In this document: piece after piece, positions 25,005 through 37,526 of the stretch | How the letters are laid out: the number at the start of each line of letters is the position of its first letter | Position numbering within the stretch: position 1 is the first letter of the stretch | NCBI RefSeq assembly: GCF_006345805.1 | Contig: NC_043006.1 | Span: forward strand, 40,920,001 to 40,984,000 | DNA from: Octopus sinensis | Lineage: Eukaryota | Length of the DNA: 64,000 nucleotides | Reading direction: 5' to 3' | Made by a program: the position numbers and the translations under genes | Notes under the pieces: generated by a model | What the model saw: only the letters and a program-made list of their open reading frames with translations | What the model was told of the DNA's origin: nothing | Database searches by the model: none

Positions 25005-25345
25005 ACTTTACTCGTCCTGTCGAAAAGACGCTTGTCTGTGACGTCCTGTTTTTGTTGTTATTATTATCATTTTGTTTTTACGTATTTTTGTATTCTTATT
25101 CGTGTAACATCGTCCGTTTTCCGTCCTTGTTTTGTATACATTCGAGGCTTTCTTCCAAGGAATCTAATGCGCTTGGCTTAGATTTTCCTTTGGGGCTGGC
25201 CAGGTCGGAGCAATCTCAAGATTAATCAGCCGAAATTGCGAAGATGATCCAGTTCTTGACTGAAGATTGAAGGCTTCGAATGTCCTGTCCGTGTTTTTTT
25301 TGTGTCGTCTTCTAAATGTTTCACGTTCTTGTCCCAGTTTGTATT
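25005..25345 (+). repeat. Interspersed ~310-bp repeat, copy 2
   Basis: Collinear with 12600-12906. Confidence 0.8.
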
Positions 25346-25399
25346 TTTTTACTTTTACATATGTACATAAGCGGCGACCTACCCCTTTTTGATCCTATA

Positions 25400-25415
25400 C
25401 GTAAGTATATATATG

Positions 25416-25455
<40 letters not shown>

Positions 25456-26053
25456 ACACACACGCACATATATATGTATATATATACACAAATTCACATA
25501 CACATCGATACATATACATACACAATATATGCTTACACGCGCACTCACACATACACATACGTATACACATATAGACACAGACACACACGCACACGAAAAC
25601 ATGCGTACACATACGCACGCACACGAATGCACACACCCAAAGCTCACAACCCCACGGATACACGTATATACACCCATATACGCTTACACACGCACACATA
25701 CAAACGCACACGTAGACGCACACACAACTACACGCATATACATACACACACAAATGAACCCACACATACATCCCATACGCACGCACAAGCACACACGCAC
25801 ACATACACTAAGTAAAGCAACAGTTATTTGCCACACACCCAAACTCTATGCATACACACACATACACACACTACAAACAAAACACACACACGATACATAT
25901 ACATACACGCACACATACTTCAAACTAGCAGTACCTACTACTGACCTGTGGTAGAGACAAAAGGAGCCACTCCCAATTCCTTCTGCCTTGACCTTAAACA
26001 CTACTAGCCCTACAACACGCAAAGATTAACAGCCACAACCACACACACATACA

Positions 26054-26084
<31 letters not shown>

Positions 26085-26170
26085 CGTGTTATCATTGTAC
26101 ACATACACACATACACACACACGCACACGCAGACCTCCGCGCACGCACATATTCCACACTTACACACACA
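25400..26170. repeat. Degenerate (CA)n/(TACA)n low-complexity region
   Basis: Direct inspection. Confidence 0.9.
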
Positions 26171-26315
26171 TTCCTCCTCCTTTACCACTCTCCTGTCTTT
26201 GAAAGAACTTTTCTTCACCCATTTCCTTCCGGTCATTCAAAATGTGACCGCGTGTGTACCGTCGGCGATTTTTTTCCCCTCTGTCTTCCCTTCTCTGGAT
26301 CTTTCCTTCTCCTAT

Positions 26316-26350
26316 GTTTCCGACGAAGAGCTCCGCTCGAAACGTTAAAC
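26316..26350 (+). ncRNA. Ultra-minimal hammerhead motif (CCGACGA core variant)
   Basis: GTTT-CCGACGA-A-GAGC-TCC-GCTC-GAAACGTT-AAAC: stems I and II perfect; stem III reduced to palindromic ACGT. Confidence 0.7.
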
Positions 26351-26443
26351 CCTCCTTCTTTCCTATTTTCCTGAGCGTCCAATAATACTATATTTGTTCC
26401 ACGTCCTTGCGTTGTTGTGTATTTTGTGCTTTCTTGTTTGGAT

Positions 26444-26493
<50 letters not shown>

Positions 26494-26537
26494 ATATACA
26501 TACATACATACACACATATGCATACATATACGGAGCA

Positions 26538-27520
26538 AATAATTCACGAGAAAATATTTGTGAAGATATCATTGACTCTATTATTATCTAGTATAACAAT
26601 TTAAAAACGATAATAGCAGATTCAATAATATAGGCGATTGCAGACCCCCCCCGCCCACCAAAGCATCAAATAGTTGAAAGATTAAAATTAATCAAATGAC
26701 ATACCAAGTATGTCTACCTGCTGGAAATAACAGTCAAAACTCTTATTTAAATCGCCAAAATACACTGATAATAATTACAGAAATCAACCGTCCGAAGGCA
26801 AACGGGCTAAGATAATCTCTCAACATACATTCAAGTATTTGGACTCATGTGGACTGGTTCCTGGACTGACATAATAGTCTCAGCTTCCTCAGCATTCGTT
26901 ACTATGATGGAGATCCCCAGCCCGTCGCTAGTATGCCAGTCAAGAAACAGGTCCACGTAAGTCCAAATACTTGAATATTTGCTGAGAGATTGTCTTAGCT
27001 CGTGTGCCTTCGGACGGTTGATTTCTGTAGTTATTATCAGTGTATTTTAGTGATTTAAATAAGAGTTTTGACTGTTATTTACAGCAGGTAGACATACTTA
27101 GTATCTCCTTCAATTAATTTTAATCTTTCAGTTATTTAATGCTTTTTTGTTGTGTCTGCAATTGCCTATATTATTGATTCTGTTATTATAATTTTTAAAT
27201 TGTTACACTAGATAATAATAGAGTCAATGATATCTTCACAAATATTTTTTCGTGAATTATTGGAATCAGTTGCAGCGTAGACTTCAACGCGACGGGTTGG
27301 GGATCTCCATCACGTTAACGCCTGCTGAGGAAGCTGCGGCTATTATACCAGTTCAGAAATCAGTCCATGTGAGTCCAAACACTTGAATGTATGCAGAGAT
27401 ATTGTCTTCGGACGGTTGATTCCTGTAGTTATTATCAGTGTGTTTTGGCGATTTAAATAAGAGTCTTGACTGTTATTTCCAGCAGGTAGACATACTTAGT
27501 CTCTCATTTGATTAATTTTA
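26538..27520. mobile_element. Old three-part pLTR-like insertion (one inverted plus two direct copies) with hammerhead-like remnants
   Basis: 26538-~26870 is inverted relative to ~26930-27261, and 27290-27520 repeats part of the unit. CTGAGGA...GAAA(T/C)CAGTC at 27323-27367 (+) and 26850-26894 (-). Flanked by (TA)n. Confidence 0.75.
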
Positions 27521-27626
<106 letters not shown>

Positions 27627-27636
27627 TGTATGTATG

Positions 27637-27697
<61 letters not shown>

Positions 27698-27714
27698 ATG
27701 TTCTTTTATTCTTT

Positions 27715-28022
27715 TACTCTTTTATTTGTTTCAGTCATTTAGCACCGCCTTTAGTCGAGTAAATCGACCCTAGGACTTATTCTTTGTAAGCCTAGTACTT
27801 ATTCTATCGCTAAGTGACGGGGACGTAAACACACCAGCATCGGTTGTTGGTGGGGCAAACACAGACACACAAAAATATACATATACATATATTCGACGGG
27901 CTTCTTTCAGTTTCCGTCTACCAAATCCACTCACAAGGCTTTGGTCGGCCTGAGGCTATAGTAGAAGACACTTGCCCAAGGTGCCACACAGTGTGACTAA
28001 ACCCGGAACCATGTGGTTGGTG
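27715..28022 (-). mobile_element. SINE family A
   Basis: B box, CORE-like segment and tail recognisable. Confidence 0.85.
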
Positions 28023-28104
28023 AGCTATATATATATATATAATGTAACACACACACAAATATATCAATAAGCATATATATTTCCATAAAATTATATACAT
28101 ATAA

Positions 28105-28467
28105 GCGTAGGAGTGGCTGTGTGGTAAGTAGCTTTTCTCGTGAATTATTTGCTCTGTATTGAAATTCACTCACAAGGCCGATCAAAGTCTTGTGAGTGGA
28201 TTTGGTAGACGGAAACTGAAAGAAGCCCGTCGTGTGTTTCTGTGTGTGTGTGTGTTGTGTATGTTTGTGTGTCTGTGTTTGTCCTCACAACATCGCTTGA
28301 CAACCGATGCTAGTGTGTTTACGTCCCTGTAACTTAGCGGTTCGGCAAAAGAGACCGATAGAATAAGTACTAGGCTTACAAAGAATAAGTCCTGGGGTCG
28401 ATTTGCCCGACTAAAGGCGGTGCTCCAGCATGGCCACAGTCAAATGACTGAAACAAGTAAAAGAGTA
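28105..28467 (+). mobile_element. SINE family A with a rearranged 5' part
   Basis: GCGTAGGAGTGGCTGTGTGG head; intact tail GGCGGTGCTCCAGCATGGCCACAGTCAAATGACTGAAACAAG. Confidence 0.85.
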
Positions 28468-28774
28468 TATTAGTCTTGTCCTTTAAAATCTGTGTCTCCT
28501 TCTGCTTGTAGTATTGAACGTCAGTGTGCGAAACAGCATTTCGTCATTAGTCTTGACGGTCCAAAACCATGTTCAATGTCAGTTTGACCATCTGATGAGC
28601 TATCTTGCTATATGAGCTATTTGAAAATTTGTTGATCAATTTAAAGTCGAACTGAGAAACGTGTTCATTAAACATAGGCCTAGTCTATTGTCTCTTAGCT
28701 GTATATTTACATTTCTCTTATTCTCTCCCGCGTACAATGTCTATATTGTTCGTGTTGGCTCTAACATCATCATT

Positions 28775-28975
28775 ATCATCATTTATCATCATCATCTTTA
28801 TTTAACGTCCGTCTTCCATGTAAGCATAGGTTGGACGATTTTACAGGAATCGGCAAGCTAGAGAACTGCACCAAGCTTTTTGTCTGCTTTGACATGGTTT
28901 CTCTGGCTGGATGCCCTTCCTAACGCTGTCTACTTCACCGAGTGTACTGGGTGGCTTTTTTATGTGGCACCCGCC
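28775..28975 (-). mobile_element. Short RTE-type 3' end
   Basis: Matches 19385-19560 (TTTAACGTC...CCATG...GGCTGGATGCCCTTCC). Confidence 0.7.
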
Positions 28976-29044
28976 TATAAAACTAGTTTATAAGCATCAA
29001 ATGGCTTTGGGGGTCCACCTGAATAAATAGTATTATTTATTTAT

Positions 29045-29335
29045 TTATGCGCCCTTTTCAAGGCTCATGGGCCCGGTTTCTGTGGCGTATGTGCCCCCCC
29101 CCCCAGCTGGACGGGACGCCAGTCCATCGCAGCGTTACTCAAGAAACAGAAAGAGAGAGAGAGAGAGAGTGAGAGAAAGTTGGGGCGAAAGAGTACAACA
29201 GTGTCACCCCGCCCCTGCTGGCACCGCGTGGAGCTTTAAGTGTTTTCGTTCAATAAACACACACAACGCCCGGTCTGGGAATCGAAACCGCGATCCTCCG
29301 ACCGCGAGTCCGCTGCCTAACCACTGGGCCTCCAC
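29045..29335 (-). mobile_element. SINE family B variant (same tRNA head, different 3' part)
   Basis: Head identical in type to 40030-40416 and 52244-52616; diverges after the (GA)n segment. Confidence 0.75.
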
Positions 29336-30099
29336 GAATAAATAGTATATTGGTTCTATATTTAACCCTCTTCGTAACCATGTCTCTCTTCACCGATCAG
29401 TGTCCTCGAAACAGTCTTTCCACACATGACCTATTCTTTCTACGAACCTCTCTTTATCCAACGTATTGCTTGCAGCGATTTTTCAACAACTTATTGTCTT
29501 TTATTATCCAAACTCTTAATAACAGCATTTCTTTTTCTCAATGTTTCTCTTTCTCTGAATGGATCCAGTTATCCATAACTAAACACTCTATCAGGGTACA
29601 TGTGTTTTTGTATATCTTTGTGCATATTTTATCACTACAGATAAGATAACGTATATACAACTTTATTGTGATACGAATACATTTACGTTAAAAAAAATGC
29701 CACATCACTCTCTCCTTTTTCCTCAGACTTACTATATATGAGCCTCTCTTAATGTGTCATCCTAAATTTCTCTGAAAAAGAACTAAGGGATGTTGAGAGG
29801 GAAATTTGGTTGCTATTTCTAGCAGGTCAGGTGATTGAATAGAAGAATGATGTGGACAGATTTCTGTACATGGGAACATTGCCATATGGCGCAGTTAGCC
29901 ATCCATCGAAAACTATACTTTCACCAAAAGACTGATAACAATGTATTATTATTATCATTATTTATTTAACTTTTTTGGCTTTAGAATTTTATTTCTTTTA
30001 CTCCAATAAACCATCACTTCATAACAGTTTTATAGATCTTATGCTTTTAGCTTTTACTGAAACTTACGTCATTTTGGTACACGCAACCGTTAGTTAGCC

Positions 30100-30102
30100 T
30101 GA

Positions 30103-30157
<55 letters not shown>

Positions 30158-30338
30158 GCAACAACAATTTCTATTTGTCACCGGGGTGACGGATGTGGAG
30201 GACGACACAACGACAGACAAAATGTGGGCATTTACATGCAATGAAATGAAATTATAAATTATAAAAGGAATTGAAAATTAAAGAGATTGTAGAAAGCATA
30301 CGTTGTAAATAGAAAATGTATACAGTATACATCAATGA

Positions 30339-30372
<34 letters not shown>

Positions 30373-30466
30373 TCGGTAGTGAAGTGAAAGCACGTTATAT
30401 AAAATAAAACTACTGACTGATAATGATAATAATAATAATAAAATAATAATAATAATAATAATAATA

Positions 30467-30531
<65 letters not shown>

Positions 30532-30550
30532 AATAACAATAATAATAATT
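30100..30550. repeat. (TAA)n/(TGA)n trinucleotide microsatellites
   Basis: Direct inspection. Confidence 0.95.
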
Positions 30551-30609
30551 GCAGTACCAGGCAGTGTTATCATGTACATTGTTTTGTCTTGATAAAAAAA
30601 AAAAAAAAA

Positions 30610-31075
30610 ATGGGCGACAGCAAATATTCTGCGCAATACCACAGATTTGCTTGTCAGTTGTTTGACCTCAACCAGTTGAGCATGTTGCTTAGTGGCTGAT
30701 GATATGTGCATCTCTGATCACGAGCAGAAGTAGTGGGGGAACATCATAACCATGTGTTGAGAGGAATTCTTTGTGGGGTTTGAATAATTCACCTCTGGAA
30801 ATATGGGTGTTTCATTCAACATCCTTAAACAACCCTTATTCAGGGACCTTTTGAGCGGGATGGGCTACTCGACCAGAAGAAAATTCTAACTGGGCCCCAC
30901 CTGCAAGGTCATGCACTGTTTATCCTGATATGAGATCACTATGTCGCGCACATATGGTTGTGATGCATGTGCCTAGTGTACCCTTATCAGACGGGTAGTC
31001 ATGATGGGTATACTGGGCTTCGTATATTTTACCCCAGTGTCACTTTGATGGCATGCACTGCTCTCTCACTCAATA
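30610..31075 (+). mobile_element. 3' end (last codons plus 3' UTR) of an R4/Dong-like non-LTR element
   Basis: Starts with the TANILR remnant of the terminal LGTAxILR motif and ends in (TAA)n. Confidence 0.55.
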
Positions 31076-31081
31076 ATAATC

Positions 31082-31127
<46 letters not shown>

Positions 31128-31134
31128 TAATAAT

Positions 31135-31810
31135 CCTTTCGACTGAAGGCACAAAACCATGAAATTTTAGGGGGTGGGGAGTAGTCGATTACATCGACCC
31201 AGTGTTTCACTGGTACTTAATTTGTCGACCCCGAAAGGATGAGAGGTAAAGTCGAACTCGGCAGAAATAAGTACGAGTGAAACACTGGGTCGATGTAATC
31301 GACTAGTCCCCACCCAGAGCGCAAAGACGGACAGACACAAAACGAAAATTTTGAGGGTAGGCTTATATAAACCCGCGTTCTTACTTAGAACTTGATTTTA
31401 TTACCCCTGAAAAATGAAAGGCAGGGTTGAAGTCGAATGGATTTAAATTTAGAAATGAAAGGATTGCAATATCCTTTCTCCTACTGGCACAAGGCCCTGA
31501 AATTTTAGGAGAAGAGGCTAATCGAATACATCGACCCTACTGCACAGCAGGTACTTATTTCATCAACCCCGAAAGAGTGAAAGGTAAAGTCAACACCGGA
31601 GGAATTTGAAATTAGAACTTAAAGACGGACGAAATGTCGCTAAGCATTTTGTCCAGCGTGCTAACAATTCCGCCGACTCACCGCCCTAAAGGATCGTAAC
31701 ACCACCAGGCATTTTGTTCGATGCCCAAATGATTCTGCCAAACCATCGCCCTATGGATGGTTTCTAATTTAGGCAGAAAGCCGACAACTTGTAAATCGGT
31801 ACCATCGGCT
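31135..31810 (-). mobile_element. Cluster of SINE family C copies (Nin-like central domain)
   Basis: Repeated CGACCCCGAAAGGATGAAAGGCAAAGTCGACCTCGGCGGAATTTGAACTCAG-type segments. Confidence 0.75.
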
Positions 31811-31817
31811 CCAGTAC

Positions 31818-32130
31818 TTGATCGAGAGTTTTTTAAAAAATGGTCGGACTAGCGTGAAGCACGAAGCGGGAGCTGGACGGCCATCAACCTCCATCACTGA
31901 CGTGACTATTCAACAAAATGGAGAAATGGTTCTGGCGAACCGACGAGTGACCATCGATGTGGTGGCATGTTCTTTGCAAATCAGCCATGGTTCTGCACGC
32001 GGAATCATCCACGATAAGCTTCCGTAAAGTCTGTGCAAGATGGATATCAAGAGAACTCACCGAAGTGCATAAGCGCAATTGTGTGGTGATTTGTCAACGC
32101 TTACTCGACCGCTACAACAACGAAAAGGAG
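31818..32130 (+). mobile_element. Mariner transposase N-terminal fragment
   Basis: KNGRTSVKHEAGAGRPSTS...NRRVTIDVVA..LQISHGS..IIHDKL / FRKVCARWISRELT (GRP, HTH and WVPREL-like motifs), frameshifted. Confidence 0.9.
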
Positions 32131-32239
32131 TTGCAAAATACGAGGATGTGTGTATAAATTATAAAAGTATTGAGTGATTCTTAAATTGTGTGTCTGACCG
32201 CTTTTGAATAATTTCATATAAAAACAGGCATTATAAAAT

Positions 32240-32720
32240 TACAGGGTGCGAGAGGCATTTGAGGACAAATTTGGTAATTTAATAAAACAAAGTCTAATAT
32301 AGCAAAAAAACAAAAAAAATGTATTTTAATAAAAAAAAATTCTGCACACGTTCACAATAAATTTTGTTATATGATTATTCAATGAATCCACCTTCAGCTT
32401 CGATGACTGCTCAAAATCGGGCCGATATCGATGACATGCCTGCACTAAATATATTCATTTCGTACATCACATGGACAGCGGTGACTTTCATTGAAGTCAT
32501 GGGATTGTGCGAATCTCGATTAGTCTCCCTTTTAACATCGCTCCAAAGCGTGGTAGTCCATGGTATTTAAATCTGATGTGTTTGAAGGCCACAAAATTGG
32601 TGTTACCTGATCGTAAAGATTGTCTGACATCCAGTCTTGGGTTACGTGGATTTTGTAAGAATTGGTGAGACTTGTTGAAATACATACACCCTTCCACTGC
32701 GTACTTCAACCGTCAAGAAA
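32240..32720 (-). mobile_element. Tc1/maT-like transposase C-terminal remnant and TIR
   Basis: Minus strand LWPSNTSDLNTMDY (cf. WPPNSPDLNPLDY) ... AVIEAEGGFIE*; terminal TA-CAGGGTG. Confidence 0.8.
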
Positions 32721-32739
32721 AATATCATGTCTAATTTAG

Positions 32740-33885
32740 GAGGAAGTGTTAATCGACCTTTGTTCTTCAATGGTACTTTACTTCATAGACACCGAAAGGA
32801 TAAAACGCAAAGTTGATCTCGGCGGAATTTCAACTCAGAACGTAAAGAGCCGGAACGTGTCGTAAGGCCCCTTTTTTCGGCGTTCTAATGATTCTACTAT
32901 CCGATCGCTCGAACAAAATAATAATCCTTTCTACTATAGGCACAAGGCCTGAAATTTTGGGAGAGAGTGATAGTCGAGTACACCGCCCCAATGCTCAAAT
33001 GGTACTTATTTTATCGACCCCGAAAGGTTGATAGGTAAACTCGACCTCGATGGTATTTGAACTCAGAACGGAGCGAACAGGAAGAAATACCGCAAAGCAG
33101 TTTTCTGACCATTTAACGATTCTGCCAGCTTGCCGTCTTCAAATGTATATTTCTTTGATTTTAGGCACAATTTTGAAGTAAGGGAGTGAATCAATTACAT
33201 AGACCCCAGTACTTAACGAACTTAACTAGTACTATATTTTGTGCACCTCGTAAAGATGAAAAGAAAAGTCGACATCTGTGGAATTTGAATTTACAACGAA
33301 AAGATCTGGAATAAACTCCATTAAGCACTCTTTCCGACGCTCTAACGATTTTGCCAACGCTCCGAACGTAGCAGTTCATGGTATTTAAATTTGATGTGTT
33401 TGGAGGCCAACGGTTAACCCAACGCTGCCTCTCTAACCACCCTTTCTTCTATAAGCACAATACTTGAAATTCGGGAAGAGACTACTCGATTACATCGACT
33501 CCAGTGTTCAACTGATACTTATTTTATCGACCCTGAAAGGTAAAAGGCAAGGCCGACTTCGGTGGAAATTGAACTCAGGACGTAAAATGGACGAAATACT
33601 GCTAAGCATCTTTCCTAGTGTGATAACGATTCTGTCAGCTCACCGCATTGAAAAGCGATTAACAATGGTTTCAAATTTTGGTACAAGGCCAGCAATTTCA
33701 GAGCAGGGGAGAAGTCGATTGCATCGACCCCAGTGATCAACGGGGGACTTATTTTATCGACCTCGGAAGCATGAAATGCAAAGTCAGCCTCGGTGGAATT
33801 TGAACCTAGAACATATAGCCGGAAGAAATGTCGCGAATAATTTTGTCCGGCGAGCTAACAATTCGGTCAGATCGCCGCCTCTTCA
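32740..33885 (-). mobile_element. Tandem cluster of about 5 SINE family C copies
   Basis: Head-to-tail ~220-bp diverged copies starting near 32740, 32925, 33160, 33440 and 33665. Confidence 0.8.
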
Positions 33886-34904
33886 TTAGCAATAACTACA
33901 ACGAAAACAACAGCAAGAACAATAGGAAGAACAATGATCCAGCATCAACATTAAGAATAACATCGATAGCAGTTACAAAGGCACAGACAGCAACAATAAC
34001 AACAACGATAGCAACAATAACGAACAGACCAACATCAACAACGAGAGGAGGAGGGAGTGTCTTTGTGTAGTTGCTCGACTCACAAGAAGTAGTCAGATGT
34101 CACAATGACATTGTATCAGAATGAATAACGAGGGCGCATGAATATAATATAAGCTTCACTCATGAATATAATATAAGCTTAACTCATGGGGGTTAAAATA
34201 CGGTACTGTCAGGACGCTCATTGAACTAGTATGATTGAGGATTGATCTGGTGATTAAGCAGCAGCAGCAACAACAACAACAATAACGATATTACAAATAG
34301 CAGCAGCCAACATGAAAATTTCAATATTGTCTCTCTACATGCTAGAAATAGCAGTCAAGATCACACCACATCATTTGAAGTAAGAACCATTTAAAAAAAT
34401 GTAGTCCGAAAAAATCTTTGGGGAAAAGATAGAATGATCACAGTTGGAAAGTAGCGAATGGTAAAGACTTTAGTGTATCGAATAAACTGCTTCGCAATAA
34501 TTGATCCAATTGTGTGAGCTCTGAATTCAAATCTCACCGTGGTCAACGTTGCCTGTCACCATTTCGGGGTCGACAATAAAAATGTTACCAATTCAAGGCG
34601 ATGGATTAGCGGAATTGTAAGAACATCTAACTGAATGTTGTGCAATGTCTTGTCTTGCATCTTTGCGTTTTGAGTTCAAATCCCGCGAAGACCTACTTGC
34701 GTGATATTCGAGTAGACTTAACCCCTCATCCCGTTGTATACCACCACCCCGCATCTTGGGTGTCTTTAGAAAAGTTTCCTCTCTATTGTAAGCCTTCGGG
34801 TTCGGTGTTCAGTTTCACGATATCACCCTCATTATCACCTTCCAATCAATTATAGAAGCACACTGCAAAGGGGCACAGGCTCTGCCTTTCTTCCTTTTTT
34901 GTAT

Positions 34905-35295
34905 TTTCTTTTATTTGTTTCCGTCATTAGACTGTGGCCATGCTGGGGCATCGCCTTGAAGAATTTTAGTCCAATGAATCGACTCCAGTGCCTATTATAT
35001 CTTAAAACTTGGTACTTATTCTGTCGGTTTCTTTTGTCGAACCGCTAAGTTATGGGAATACAAACACATCAGTACAAGTTTTCAAGCAGCGTGGGAGGAC
35101 AAACACACACACACACACACACATCTATGTACGACGGGGTTCTTTCATTTCCCGCTTACCAAATGCTCTCACAAGGCTTTGGTCGGGCCGAGGCTACAGT
35201 AGAAGACACTTGCCCCAGGTACCACGCAATGAGGCTGAGCTCGAGACAGTGTGGTTGGGAAGCATATTTCTTACCGCACTGCCACACCTGCGCTT
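34905..35295 (-). mobile_element. SINE family A, full length
   Basis: Head, CORE-like segment and tail all present. Confidence 0.8.
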
Positions 35296-35747
35296 TGGCT
35301 AAGATAAAATTAACAAAAAAAAAGTATTTGCTCCTTCATAGTAACCTATGCACCAAACAACAGCGACATAATTTAACAATAGCAACATAATCAGCAACAA
35401 GAAGATCAATGCAACATCAAACATGTAAAACAACAACAGCAACAACAACAACAATTAGAAGAATACGAAGGAGGAAAGGTGGACATCAATGAAAAATGTA
35501 GAATTGCATTGGATTTACCTACGATATCGGTGCTTTTCAATATTATAGATAAACACAATCTATGACAAAACCACATCAGGCTGCTGGCTGACAAGTTCCT
35601 TATATTTAACTTACAACAGGAAGCATAGCATTTAGTGTAGGATGTATGCAGCGTAAGGGCTGTGAGATCTAGAATGAAAAGAAAATACAGAAAAGTTTAA
35701 CAGGCATGGCGCTGTGTGCGTGATTTAGAAGTTTGTTTTATTTAATG

Positions 35748-35778
<31 letters not shown>

Positions 35779-35869
35779 TGTGTGTGTGTGTGTGTGCGTG
35801 TATGTGTGTGCGTGTTTTCTTTTATGTCGAGTTATATTTAATTGAAGGATTACTCAACACTATTTATTA

Positions 35870-36660
35870 TACTTTTTCAAGAAGGGTGGAGACAGGGACT
35901 TCGAAGTTTTGGCCTTCTAGCCTTCATTGGTTTGTAACACATTTGAGTTCATCTTGACTTTATATAGTTTCTAGTAAGTTTGTTTATTTTCTGGGGTAGG
36001 TAGAGTTATGTTGCATGATAATTAGGAAGTAGGGCAAATAAAGCTTTATAACCAATTGTGTCTATTTAAGTGTGTCAGCTTCAGGTCACGGAGTTGGTTT
36101 TTTAGGGTTCACAAACGAATATTAATTGCTGGTAAAGTTGGTTAGTCGGTAGATTTCTAACTAGGGTTTAATTATTATTGATGTTATTTGATTACTATTT
36201 CAATAATTTTATCCTGTGTGCTTTAAGAAGGTACAGTTTGTGGACTAAGTTATAAATATTCCTTTTGTTCGGTTTCAAGCGTGGATTTTTGTTGCAGTAA
36301 ACCTTATATATGTGAATGTATTACGTAGTATGGCGTTTGTGGCTATAGTTGTGCTATCGACAATATGACCTGTGAGACAGTTTCGTTTAGAGGGAAGGGC
36401 AAATATCTGAACTTGCAATTGTTGTTGTGTGTGTCTCGTTTTTTTTTTTACATTTAGAAAGTTTTAAGTGGTTCGAAGTTGTTAATTGCAGAATATAATA
36501 TTTTCATGTTGTGTATGTTTATTAGTTTGTGGTAATTGTGGTTTTTGTGGGAAAGTGTTTTTGGACTATTCCAAAAAATAGTTGTGGAGACTTGTATACA
36601 GAGGAGGTTGAACGAGATAATTTTCCCTTTTGTTCTTTTATTGATTTTTTAAATTGTAGA
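35870..36660 (-). mobile_element. Degenerate Penelope-like GIY-YIG region
   Basis: Minus-strand pieces FFGIVQKHFP, NMKILYS, PL..NCLT.HIV and TFTYI.FT resemble the PLE linker and GIY-YIG region. Confidence 0.55.
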
Positions 36661-36671
36661 TGTGTTGTCTC

Positions 36672-36830
36672 ATTTCTTTCTCTTGCTTTCTTTCTTTCTT
36701 TTTCTTTCTTTCTTTTTCTTTCTTTCTTTTTCTTTCTTTCTTTTTCTTTCTTTCTTTTTCTTTCTTTCTTTCTTTCTTTCTTTGTTTCTTTCTTTCTTTC
36801 TTCTTTCTAGTACTTCTTCCTGTCTTTCCC

Positions 36831-36870
<40 letters not shown>

Positions 36871-36900
36871 GTACTTCTTCCTGTCTTTCCCTCTTTCTCT
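36672..36900. repeat. (CTTT)n microsatellite
   Basis: Direct inspection. Confidence 0.95.
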
Positions 36901-36903
36901 CTG

Positions 36904-37469
36904 TATAATTATAATAAGGGCTTAGAAAAGAAATTTTCTAGCCTGTATGCTATGAAATAGACTCTAAATCGTCTCACCACTCAAAGACACATTTCAAAGA
37001 CATATTTCTCAGCATATACCCTAGAAAATGTCTTTTGTAAGCCCTTATTATAATTGTTATAATTATACATATAATTAAGTTTTATCCTCTATTATTGTAA
37101 TTGAAAAATGTCTTCACTTCGGGACAACATAGCTACCTAACTGCTATGCTGACCAAATACATATGTTGAGGCAAGTTACGAAATTTGTTTCGGAAGTATC
37201 TGGGTATTTATATGTATTTATGGCTTTGCGTTTTGCTTTCCTGTGAGTATGTATAAATATTTCATTTATTTTCTTAAGTATTCCCTGCTGATGACGGAAG
37301 AGCCTTTGAGCAGATCTAAAACTTAGCTAATACAGGAATATCTATTTTATTAATAATTTCCGTTGGTTTGTTGCGTCGAATTCAGCACATGTGTTTTTGA
37401 GTGGTGAGACGATTTAGCGTTTATTTCTCAGCATATAGGCTAGAAAATTTCTTTTCTAAGCCCTTATTA

Positions 37470-37477
<8 letters not shown>
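36904..37477. mobile_element. Fold-back element with ~90-bp inverted ends abutting (TA)n
   Basis: ATTATAATAAGGGCTTAGAAAAGAAATTTTCTAGCC... is inverted at 37385-37477, with a third partial copy at 37000-37055. Confidence 0.75.

Positions 37478-37526
<49 letters not shown>

Noticed and set aside
25316-25954. 212-aa His/Thr-rich ORF and similar YI, VC and poly-residue ORFs throughout
   Set aside because: Translations of microsatellites.
28585-28640. CTGATGAG...GAAA hammerhead candidate
   Set aside because: Stem II does not abut GAAA and no convincing stem III or cleavage triplet is present.
30695-30720. C/D-box-like TGATGA...CTGA
   Set aside because: Boxes are too close together and lie in a retroelement 3' UTR.
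34341-34353. GCTAGAAATAGCA matches the engineered Cas9 sgRNA tetraloop
   Set aside because: Only a short generic GAAA hairpin within a native repeat; no other scaffold sequence.
37283-37390. CTGATGA followed by CGGAA..TTCCG
   Set aside because: No GAAA adjacent to stem II; at best a heavily decayed relic.
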